Shown: piece after piece, positions 9,730 to 18,318 of the stretch
How the letters are laid out: every line of letters begins with the position of its first letter
Numbering within the stretch: the stretch's first letter is position 1
Source: an uncultured delta proteobacterium
GTDB lineage: Bacteria; Desulfobacterota; WTBG01; CAIYCZ01
NCBI GenBank assembly: GCA_963803975.1
Contig: CAWDOY010000005.1
Coordinates: 1-64,000 of the forward strand
Direction of reading: 5' to 3'
DNA: 64,000 nt
Program-made: the position numbers and the translations under genes
Notes under the pieces: generated by a model
Told to the model about the DNA's origin: nothing
What the model saw: only the letters and a program-made list of their open reading frames with translations
The model's database searches: none

Positions 9730-10563
9730 ATGACCGTATCCGAAAGCACCCCCGACAGCCGGCTGGCACGCGGCTTTGCCATGGCCCGCTCCATTACCCG
9801 GGAGCACGGCAGAACATTTTATTTTGCCTCGCACCTGCTTCCGCCTGATAAGCGGGCTGCTGCCTATGCAGTATATGCCCTGTGCCGTATCAGCGATGAT
9901 ACGGTTGACCGGAACAACTCCATGGCAGTGCGGGAAGAGCTTGCGAAGGTGCGTGCTACCATACACGCTGCCTACAGTGGCGCGGCAACAGCAGATGACC
10001 TGCTGCTGGCATTTCAGGATACCATTCACCGCTATGCCATTCCCCGGCGCTGTTTTGACGAGCTGATCGAAGGCATGTACATGGATTTATCCATAAACTC
10101 CTATGAGACCTTTGATGAGCTGTACCAATACTGCTACCGGGTTGCCGGCGTGGTGGGGCTCATTATGCTAAAAATATTCGGGGCTGCCAGCCCTGCGGCT
10201 GAAGAGCGCGCCGTGGAGCTCGGTGTGGCCATGCAGCTCACTAATATTCTGCGCGATATCAGAGAGGATTACGAGCGGGGACGCGTCTATCTCCCCCGGG
10301 AGGAGCTGCGGCGGTTCGGGGTCAGCGATGATGGCTTGCGGAACGGCATTGTTGATGACAAATTTAAGGCGCTCATGGCCTTTCAGATCAGGCGCGCGCG
10401 TGACTACTACCAACAGTCATCCGCGGGCATCAGCATGATAGCAGACCGGAGGTCGCGTCTGGTCGTATGCGCCATGAAAGATATATACGGGGCAATTCTG
10501 CAGGCGATTGAAAAGAACAAATGCGATGTCTTTTCCGTCCGCGCGCGTGTTACGACCCCGTGA
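9730..10563 (+). CDS. crtB: Phytoene synthase (C-terminus probably continues to ~10642 via an indel)
   Basis: TFYFAS, YALCRISDDTVD, YCYRVAGVVG, AMQLTNILRDIREDYERGRVYLP. Confidence 0.92.
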   Translation: MTVSESTPDSRLARGFAMARSITREHGRTFYFASHLLPPDKRAAAYAVYALCRISDDTVDRNNSMAVREELAKVRATIHAAYSGAATADDLLLAFQDTIHRYAIPRRCFDELIEGMYMDLSINSYETFDELYQYCYRVAGVVGLIMLKIFGAASPAAEERAVELGVAMQLTNILRDIREDYERGRVYLPREELRRFGVSDDGLRNGIVDDKFKALMAFQIRRARDYYQQSSAGISMIADRRSRLVVCAMKDIYGAILQAIEKNKCDVFSVRARVTTP

Positions 10564-10752
10564 AAAACTGATGCTTCTGCTTGGCATCCTGCTGAAGGGT
10601 GAATGGGTGAGTCGGCCCCTCGACTATGCTCGGGGCAGGTGAATCGGTGAATGGTGCTTGGGGACCCTTGACTCAGACGGCAACAGGCACAAAGGTTCAC
10701 TGAATGGTGACGCTGACTGGCAATAGTTGATAGCTCGACTTGGAGATAACCT

Positions 10753-11595
10753 ATGAAAATTAATGTTGCCCGCTACGGGGGCTTCTGTTTCGGGGTGCGG
10801 CGTGCCATAACGCTTGCCATGAAAACTGCCGGTGCGGATACGAAAGTCTGCATGCTCGGGGATATTGTGCACAATGAGGATGTCATTAAACAGGTTGAGC
10901 AGGCGGGCATCAGGCGCATAAAACGTCTGGGAAAGGGAACCGAAAAAATACTGCTGCTGAGCGCCCACGGCACCCCCACGTCGGTCACCGGACAGGCCCG
11001 GCAGCGGGGCTACCGGATTGTTGACGCAACCTGCCCCATGGTGAAGGGCATCCATAAAGTTGCCCGGAAGATGGAGCAGCAGGGGTATGCCATTATTATA
11101 ATCGGCGACCGGGCCCACGACGAAGTGCATGGCATTGTCGGGCAGCTGCAAAAAAAGCCGATCGTTATTGACCGCATGGACGCGGTGCCGCATCGCAGGC
11201 TGCAAAAAATAAAAAAGGCCGCAGTGGTGGTGCAGTCCACCCAGAACGCCGAGAATGTTCTGAAAATAATCGATGTGATAAAAGAGGATGTCGGCGAGCT
11301 GCAGTTCTTTAATACCATCTGCCAGCCGACCAGAATCCGCCAGGCGGAAATAAGGACCATGCCCCTGGAAAATGATGTGATGGTGATAATCGGCTCCCGC
11401 ACCAGCGCCAACACGCAGCGCCTGTGTGAAATATCCCATTCCTTGAACAGCAGGACGCACTGCGTTGAATCAAAGCGCGATCTGAAACGCGCATGGTTCA
11501 AGGGAGTGCGCAGCGTGGGAGTGGCATCCGGCGCATCAACGCCTGATGCGTCCATACAGGACGTTGTCGACTATCTGCGCAAACTCAGTAAATAG
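10753..11595 (+). CDS. ispH: 4-hydroxy-3-methylbut-2-enyl diphosphate reductase
   Basis: GFCFGV, IVHN, AHG, DATCPMV, HDEV, NTIC, GSRTSANT, SGASTP. Confidence 0.95.
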   Translation: MKINVARYGGFCFGVRRAITLAMKTAGADTKVCMLGDIVHNEDVIKQVEQAGIRRIKRLGKGTEKILLLSAHGTPTSVTGQARQRGYRIVDATCPMVKGIHKVARKMEQQGYAIIIIGDRAHDEVHGIVGQLQKKPIVIDRMDAVPHRRLQKIKKAAVVVQSTQNAENVLKIIDVIKEDVGELQFFNTICQPTRIRQAEIRTMPLENDVMVIIGSRTSANTQRLCEISHSLNSRTHCVESKRDLKRAWFKGVRSVGVASGASTPDASIQDVVDYLRKLSK

Positions 11596-13042
11596 GTCTG
11601 TTCTTGTTGCTGACAAGGTCTGCGACAATCCGGGAGCTTGCGATAACAACCGGCAAGCCGCCTCCCGGCTGCGTGCTGCCCCCGGCATAATAAAGCCCCG
11701 GCAGGTCCGGGTCGATGTTGGGAGGCCGGAAAAACGCGCTCTGCATGAGGGTGTGGGACAGGCCGAAGGTAGCGCCATGGAGCAGGTTATAGCGGGTGGT
11801 GAAGTCCTGCGGGTAAAAAATGTGCTCCACCTCTATTAATTCTTCCAGGTTGATTCCCGTCATCCGGTAAATCTTTTCAAAAACAATCTTCCTCAACCGC
11901 TGCTCGTGCTGATAAAAATCCTCTTTCGGATTATCGAGGTTCGGCAGCGGCACCAGCAGATACACGATGTCCCTGCCCGCGGGAGCAAGCGACGGGTCGG
12001 TAACGGTCGGCACATGGATGTAGAGCGAGGGGTCATCGGGTATTATTTTATCCGTGAAAATCTGTTGGACGTTTTTTTTCAAATCCTGCGCGAACAGCAG
12101 ATTATGGTGGCTCAGCCCCGCTACCTTTGTTTTAAGGCCGAGATACATGAGGTAGGTAGAGCAGGAATAGTCATACCGGGGAATGCTTCGCGATAAGAGC
12201 TTGTTCTGCGCGTACGGGTAATCCGCATTGACCACGATGGTATCATAGTGCAGATCGTTTCCGGCCGCGCTGAGCTGCAATCCATTGCTGTTGCGCCCGA
12301 TTTTCTGCACCTCGCAGTCATAGTGAAAGGTCGCCCCGAACTTCCTGCAGAGCTTCTCCAGCGCGAGCGGTATCTGATACATGCCGCCGCGGGGGTGAAA
12401 GATCTTCTGCACATGGTCGGCGTACGTTATGACGCTGTAAAACGCCGGCGCGTCAAACGGTGACACGCCGATGAACATTGATTCAAAGGTAAAAGCATAG
12501 CAGAGCTTGTCGCTTGAGAAAAACCGTTTGGCGAATTTCCAGTACGACTCCAGGGCTCTTAATTTTTTAATCAGCAGCCAGTACTGGGGATTGATGAGCG
12601 CTTTTTTGGTATAGCAGTTATTCATGAGCGGCCGCACGGTGTCATAAATGCGGGCGGTCTCTGCTATGAAGGCATCAAACGCGCGGCTGCTGCCTTTTTC
12701 TATCTTCTCCAGTTCCTGCTTTGTTTTTTCGCTGTCCCGGTACACGGTAAAGGCCGTGCCGTCCGGATAAAATATCTTGTAGTGCTCGTCCAACGGCATG
12801 AAGTCAAGGTAGTCCGCAAGCTTCTCTCCGCAGAAAGTAAACAGCTCTTCAAAGAAATCGGGCATGAGCACAAACGAGGGCCCGGTATCAAACAGAAAGC
12901 CCCGGTCTTCTATGATATTGTTGCGCCCGCCGCAGCGCGAGAGCTTTTCAAAAACTTCCACATCATTGCCGAGATATGCCAGCCGCGCTGCTGTTGCCAG
13001 CCCTCCCACTCCCGCACCCACAATGGCCGTCTTTTTTTTCAT
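11585..13042 (-). CDS. crtI: Phytoene desaturase
   Basis: GAGVGGLA FAD motif, FDTGPSFVLMP, PRGGMY, GATFGL..QSAFFRP, GGSTQPGGGLP. Confidence 0.92.
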   Translation of the reverse strand: MKKKTAIVGAGVGGLATAARLAYLGNDVEVFEKLSRCGGRNNIIEDRGFLFDTGPSFVLMPDFFEELFTFCGEKLADYLDFMPLDEHYKIFYPDGTAFTVYRDSEKTKQELEKIEKGSSRAFDAFIAETARIYDTVRPLMNNCYTKKALINPQYWLLIKKLRALESYWKFAKRFFSSDKLCYAFTFESMFIGVSPFDAPAFYSVITYADHVQKIFHPRGGMYQIPLALEKLCRKFGATFHYDCEVQKIGRNSNGLQLSAAGNDLHYDTIVVNADYPYAQNKLLSRSIPRYDYSCSTYLMYLGLKTKVAGLSHHNLLFAQDLKKNVQQIFTDKIIPDDPSLYIHVPTVTDPSLAPAGRDIVYLLVPLPNLDNPKEDFYQHEQRLRKIVFEKIYRMTGINLEELIEVEHIFYPQDFTTRYNLLHGATFGLSHTLMQSAFFRPPNIDPDLPGLYYAGGSTQPGGGLPVVIASSRIVADLVSNKNRPIY

Positions 13043-13144
13043 GGCAGTGCTCCTTCTGCACGGTTTAAAGCGTTGTTATTATGGTATAAACGAGCTCCCC
13101 TGCTGCTGTCAATAACCGTTAAATCGCTGCCCGGATGAACGGGT

Positions 13145-13597
13145 TTATTTCAACTCTATTGCTATGGTCATCTGTGGGGCATTGAGCGTGAAAGCAGCTC
13201 TGGCAAAAGACGGCGGCCCGAACCGCCCCCGCGCATTGTTCGAGAACCCGTACAGCTCAACCGGCATGCCGGCAAAATTGGTATCCAGTTTTGAGTTTTC
13301 ATTTTCATCATGGAAAGCCTTGATGCTGTATTTGCCGTACGGCATGTTTTTAAATACCCATTCAGCCTTTTTGCTTTTTAGTTCAGCCGCGGCAGTGCAG
13401 AACTCTTTCATTTTGCCGGTATATTCATCCTCAGAACGGCACGCACAGAGCTTTACCGTGCCCTGATCATTCTTAACTCCCGTCAGCTGCACCGTAATGC
13501 TTCCTGTTTGATTATTTAATATATGAGCATCCTCTGCATGAGAAGTTTCAATCGACAAAAAGACTATTAAAAAAAACAGTGCGATAGCGTGTCTCAT
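13145..13597 (-). CDS. DUF2141 family secreted protein
   Basis: Signal peptide; YSIKAFHDENENSKLDTNFAGMPVELYGFSNN..FGPPSF. Confidence 0.85.
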   Translation of the reverse strand: MRHAIALFFLIVFLSIETSHAEDAHILNNQTGSITVQLTGVKNDQGTVKLCACRSEDEYTGKMKEFCTAAAELKSKKAEWVFKNMPYGKYSIKAFHDENENSKLDTNFAGMPVELYGFSNNARGRFGPPSFARAAFTLNAPQMTIAIELK

Positions 13598-13636
13598 GAT
13601 TATTTTCCCCGTCTGGTTGAATATAAAAGCATGGTT

Positions 13637-14866
13637 TTAGCCCACGGTTTTCTCAAGAAAGCGGTTAAACCGTTCAACAACATTATACCTGCTGAATATA
13701 TATTTCATTTTCTGCGCTGCTTCACGATAGGCTGATTCCTCAATCAGCATCTTCACCGCCTGCCGGACTTTCTCTGCGCTAAGGCTCCCGCTGCGCAGCA
13801 GAATACCGCAGCCCGCTTTTTCAATGGCGGTCATCGCCAGATACTGGTCAAAATTTGTCGGAATGCCGAGCACCGGCGCCCCTTCACTCAGGGCCTGGTA
13901 TGCCGTGCCGGCTCCGCCATTGCAAATAACCATCGCGGAGCGCCTGGCGGCGATGTCACCCGGAACAAATTCACCGGCATGGACGTGCTCATCCTTTACT
14001 GTTGTATCATATCTCCCGGCTGTGGCAGCCAGGATTGTTACCGGGAGGTCACGGAGACCTTTTAATATTGCAGGGAGCAGTGTTACTTTTCCCGATGAAC
14101 CCATGTTTACATAAATAAGCGGGCGCGATCCATCAATTTCATTCCACCTTGAAGGCGTCGCCATGTCCGGTGACCACAGAATCGGGCCGAGAAAAATATG
14201 CGTGTCAGGATAATTCTTCAGCGGTATAAGCTCCGCTGCGTCAGCATACAGGGTAAAATCCCCCCAGGTGAGCATTTCAGGCAGACTGCCAATCGCCGGC
14301 AGCCCGAATTCCCGGCGCACCCGGTTAAGCGGTTGCGTAAACCGCGAGAAAAAGGCGGGAAGCGCCTTCGGGAAATAGCGCGCCGCAATCTTTTCCCCCA
14401 GCAGCCGCACCATAAAGTGGTCCGGCAGGGGAAAGGAATCACGCACGGCAAACGGGCTCCAGTAGGCATTAATCAGCGCGGCATAGGGCACCTGGCAGAC
14501 CGGCGCACTCACCGCAAGGGAAAACCGCGCATCACCGATGATAATATCCGGTTTCACTGCCTCTATTAATTGCCGGTCTGCTGCAACATACCGCCGCAGC
14601 AGCTTTTCAGTATAAAATGATTTCCCCTTTTCAGCAGCTGACAAGAACGTTTTCTTATCCATCGTGAAAAGCTGCCATTGCTGAAAGGATGTCCGGCCGA
14701 AGATTATCGGGTCAAATTCAGAGCAGGCAAAATGCACCTCGTACTTCTGTCGATCCAGGCCCCGTGCCAGCACCAGCAGGCGCACCAACTGCGAGAGGGT
14801 GGTGTTCTCTACAACAAACAAAATGCGTTTCAGCTGCCTTGATGGTCCTTCTGCCACACTATTCAT
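13637..14866 (-). CDS. GT1/MGT-family glycosyltransferase (similar to mycobacterial PGL/p-HBAD type); candidate carotenoid glycosyltransferase
   Basis: RILFV.E..TL, NAYWSP, GPILWSP, IYVNMGSSG, ICNGGAGT.YQAL..G.P, NFDQ. Confidence 0.75.
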   Translation of the reverse strand: MNSVAEGPSRQLKRILFVVENTTLSQLVRLLVLARGLDRQKYEVHFACSEFDPIIFGRTSFQQWQLFTMDKKTFLSAAEKGKSFYTEKLLRRYVAADRQLIEAVKPDIIIGDARFSLAVSAPVCQVPYAALINAYWSPFAVRDSFPLPDHFMVRLLGEKIAARYFPKALPAFFSRFTQPLNRVRREFGLPAIGSLPEMLTWGDFTLYADAAELIPLKNYPDTHIFLGPILWSPDMATPSRWNEIDGSRPLIYVNMGSSGKVTLLPAILKGLRDLPVTILAATAGRYDTTVKDEHVHAGEFVPGDIAARRSAMVICNGGAGTAYQALSEGAPVLGIPTNFDQYLAMTAIEKAGCGILLRSGSLSAEKVRQAVKMLIEESAYREAAQKMKYIFSRYNVVERFNRFLEKTVG

Positions 14867-14895
14867 GCGAAAGATTTATAAAGCGTGCCATTATT

Positions 14896-15345
14896 CTAAT
14901 CAGCATCATATCTGCTGCTGGCAAATAAAAAGCCGAATGCCACTTCCTGCTGCTGATAGAATTTCTGGTGATGCGTAGCGTGGGCATTGATAATACGCTG
15001 CAGATATCTTGTCCCGGGTTTCAATTTCAGGAATTTTATTCTTCTATGAAACATGACATCGTGAAACAAAAAATAGCAAACACCGTACAGCGTGACGCCT
15101 ATGCCAGCGACAAGCACCAGCGGCATCGCATAGGTTGTCCCATAATATATTAGTACAATTGCGATCGAGCTGAAAAACAGGGTGAATATATCATTTTTTT
15201 CCAGCCAGCGTTCATGATAGCGGTGATGATCCTCGTGCAGAATCCACAGAAACCCGTGCATGACATACTTGTGCATGAACCAGGCAAAGAATTCCATAAA
15301 CATAAAGGCACCGGTTATAACCATTGCAAATAATACTATCTTCAT
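14896..15345 (-). CDS. crtZ: Beta-carotene 3-hydroxylase
   Basis: MEFFAWFMHKYVMHGFLWILHEDHH, EKND, FHDVMFHRR, HATHH, FGFL His boxes. Confidence 0.9.
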   Translation of the reverse strand: MKIVLFAMVITGAFMFMEFFAWFMHKYVMHGFLWILHEDHHRYHERWLEKNDIFTLFFSSIAIVLIYYGTTYAMPLVLVAGIGVTLYGVCYFLFHDVMFHRRIKFLKLKPGTRYLQRIINAHATHHQKFYQQQEVAFGFLFASSRYDAD

Positions 15346-15608
15346 GGCATTCCTTTCATCTCATACTGTTGGAGATATATTTATTTTATATGCTTTTTAT
15401 ATCGTCAATACCAAGCAATAAAGAGCTGTGCTATGGAAGATGTCATCCTTTTTTTATATTAATTACATTTGGGTTTTACTGTTAATACATGCCGGCTAAT
15501 GGTATATTTAAAAATATAGCTTATACTATATGGCTCTGATATAATCAATTCCTTGAAAAATTACACGAAGTTAATTTGTGCATACCTCCTGGAGCATAGA
15601 GTGCCGCC

Positions 15609-16940
15609 ATGGAAAACAGGCTCATATACACCGTTTCTGAATTAACCGCTCAGATAAAAGACTCCCTTGAAACTCTTTTTCCCAACATCTGGGTTGAAGG
15701 TGAGGTGTCAAACCTGCGCATCCCCTCCTCCGGCCACTACTATTTCACCCTGAAAGACCCCCAGTGCCAGATGCGTGCCGTCATGTTCCGCTCCCAGCAG
15801 CGTTCGCTGCAGTTCACGCTCGAAGACGGCATGGCGGTTGCCTGCCGGGGCAGGGTTAATGTCTATGAGCCGCGCGGTGAATACCAGCTGCTCATTGAAG
15901 CCCTGGAGCCGAAAGGCAAAGGCGCTCTCCAGGTCGCCTTTGAACAGCTGAAAAAAAAGCTGCAGGAAGAGGGCCTGTTTGACGCTGCCCGCAAGAAGCC
16001 CCTGCCGCTGCTCCCCGCACTAATTGCCCTCATCACGTCCCCGACCGGCGCGGCAGTGCGCGATATTCTGAATATCCTGAACCGGAGATTTCCCAATCTT
16101 GAGATTCTGATTGTACCGGTAAACGTGCAGGGAGAAGAAGCCCCAGGTGAAATCGTCGAGGCGCTGAAGCTGGTAAATGCCGAGCAGGCAGCGGATGTTA
16201 TCATCGTGACCCGGGGCGGCGGATCGCTTGAAGACTTATGGGCCTTTAATACTGAACAGGTGGCCCGGGCGATCTATAATTCCCGCATCCCGGTTGTTTC
16301 GGCCGTCGGTCATGAAATAGATTTTACCATTGCCGATTTTGTTGCTGACCTGCGCGCTCCTACTCCATCAGCGGCCGCCGAGCTCGTGGTAAAAGATAAA
16401 AAAGATCTCGTGCAGCTGCTCTCGCACTACCGCCTACGCCTGCGCAAATCCCTGTCCCACTGCGTGCAGCAGGAGAAAGCGAGAATGCGCTATTTTGCCC
16501 TGCGCCTCCAGTCCCCGGGAAAGCGGCTGGTGCAGCCCCGGATTCAGTGTGACGACTTGCACGCGCGTCTGGCAACGGCCATGCTGAACCAATACCGGGA
16601 GAACCGGGCCCTGGTCCGCCATCGTCACGATACCATACTCCTGCGCTCTCCGCAGCGGCTGCTTGAAAATAACCGGAGCACGCTTCGCTTTCTGGAGAAA
16701 GCGCTGAAACAGCTTCCGCACGCTCTTTCAGATCAATGCAGGAGCAGGTTGAAAAATGCCATTGAAAAGTTGAACGTCCTCAGTCCCTTGAATATTCTCG
16801 AGCGCGGCTACTCTATCACCCGGCTCGCAGCTTCCGGAGCCATTGTAAAAAGCGCCCGGCAGCTTCATGCCGGAGACAGCCTGGATATAAAGCTCAAGAC
16901 CGGGGAAGCTTATTGCATTGTGGATAAGGTCGTACTATAA
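15609..16940 (+). CDS. xseA: Exodeoxyribonuclease VII large subunit
   Basis: WVEGEVSN, SGHYYFTLKD, ITSPTGAA, RGGGSLEDLWAFN, GHEIDFT, APTPSAAAE. Confidence 0.97.
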   Translation: MENRLIYTVSELTAQIKDSLETLFPNIWVEGEVSNLRIPSSGHYYFTLKDPQCQMRAVMFRSQQRSLQFTLEDGMAVACRGRVNVYEPRGEYQLLIEALEPKGKGALQVAFEQLKKKLQEEGLFDAARKKPLPLLPALIALITSPTGAAVRDILNILNRRFPNLEILIVPVNVQGEEAPGEIVEALKLVNAEQAADVIIVTRGGGSLEDLWAFNTEQVARAIYNSRIPVVSAVGHEIDFTIADFVADLRAPTPSAAAELVVKDKKDLVQLLSHYRLRLRKSLSHCVQQEKARMRYFALRLQSPGKRLVQPRIQCDDLHARLATAMLNQYRENRALVRHRHDTILLRSPQRLLENNRSTLRFLEKALKQLPHALSDQCRSRLKNAIEKLNVLSPLNILERGYSITRLAASGAIVKSARQLHAGDSLDIKLKTGEAYCIVDKVVL

Positions 16941-16948
16941 TCAATTAT

Positions 16949-17096
16949 TAACCGCGAAGGCCGCCGAGATAGATAATGTATTTTGCTCGTAGAGAGCCTG
17001 CATAAATCATACAATGCATTTTTAATTATTTTCTCTGCGACCTCTGCCATTCGGCCCCGAGTTGCTCATGGCCGAGGGGCTATCTCTGCGGTAAAT
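16949..17096. repeat. Intergenic palindromic repeat (aaccgc...ctctgcggtaaa) with nested hairpin
   Basis: ctctgcgacctctgc...tctctgcggt flanks gccccgag...cgaggggc. Confidence 0.4.
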
Positions 17097-17116
17097 TACT
17101 TTTAAGGTAAAAAACA

Positions 17117-17359
17117 ATGGCAAAAAAACGATTTGAAGAAGCGCTGCAGGAGCTTGAATCCATTGTGCAGCGGCTCGAGGATGGCAATCTGTCCCTGGAT
17201 GATTCGCTGGCGCTGTTTGAAGAGGGGATTAAGCTCTCACGGCTTTGTGCTCAGCGACTTGATGAAGCTGAGAAAAAAATAGAGCTGCTCTTAAAAGATG
17301 AAACCGGCGCCCTGTACCGGCAGCCCTTTACCCCGGAGGATGAAAACGCTGATACCTGA
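17117..17359 (+). CDS. xseB: Exodeoxyribonuclease VII small subunit
   Basis: FEEALQELESIVQRLEDGNLSLDDSLALFEEG. Confidence 0.96.
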   Translation: MAKKRFEEALQELESIVQRLEDGNLSLDDSLALFEEGIKLSRLCAQRLDEAEKKIELLLKDETGALYRQPFTPEDENADT

Positions 17360-17409
17360 GATGATTGTGTGCGCGCAGGCGCGCTGTTCAGGTTGTCTCC
17401 TGTTACTCG

Positions 17410-18299
17410 ATGGACTTGCAGAAATATCTTGCTGAAAAAAAGGCCGCTGTTGATCAGGCGCTTGAAACCGTAATCGCTCCTGAATCAACATACCCTGTCA
17501 GTATCCACAAAGCCATGCGCTACTGCCTCTTTGCCGGGGGCAAGCGGCTGCGGCCGATACTTGCCCTTGCCGCAGCCGAGGCGGTCGGGGGGGACGGGCG
17601 GACCATTCTCAGGGAAGCATGCGCTCTTGAGCTTGTCCACACCTATTCTCTGGTGCATGATGACCTGCCGGCAATGGACAACGATGACTATCGGAGAGGT
17701 GTTCCGACAACGCATACCGTGTTCGGCGAAGCGCTGGCAATTCTTGCCGGTGACGCACTGCTTACAGAAGCCTTTAAGCTCCTTGCAGGCGGGAGGAACT
17801 CCGGGCAGCATACAGCAGCGCAGCTTCTATCCATAATAGAGCTTCTTGCCGAGGCCTGCGGTTCACGGGGGCTCATCGGCGGACAGGTCGTAGACCTCGA
17901 GTCAGAGGGCAAGGCCATTGACGCGAGCGTTCTTGATTATATCCATAGCCAAAAAACCGGGAAGCTCATCATCGTATCGGTGGATCTGGAGCACGGCTTG
18001 CCGGCGGCTCTCCGAATCAGGTCGAGTGCCTGCGAAGCTACGGCGCTGCCATAGGCCTTGCGTTCCAGATCGCTGATGATATCCTGGATGTGACAGGCTC
18101 AAGCGCTGTCCTGGGGAAAAAAACAGGCAGCGATCAGAAACAGCAAAAGGCCACCTATCCGGCACTCTGCGGCCTGGAGGAAGCGAGAAGGCGGCAGCGC
18201 GCCCTCTGCGAGGATGCGGTGGCAGCGCTTAAAGCATTTGATGAAAAGGCCGATCCGCTGCGCTCCATTGCCCGCTATATTATAGAGCGGGATTCATAG
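17410..18299 (+). CDS. ispA: Farnesyl diphosphate synthase (frameshift ~17985)
   Basis: GKRLRP, YSLVHDDLPAMDNDDYRRG, GGQVVDL; second frame has FQIADDILDV and KATYP. Confidence 0.92.
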
Positions 18300-18318
18300 G
18301 GAAAGGGATGCATCCGTT

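Noticed and set aside
10624..11555. Long antisense ORFs over ispH (similarly over dxs and pnp)
   Set aside because: Shadow ORFs of well-supported genes with no recognisable motifs.
15536..15548. FNR-like box upstream of crtZ (ctgat-ata-atcaa)
   Set aside because: Spacer is 3 nt instead of 4 and one half-site is imperfect.
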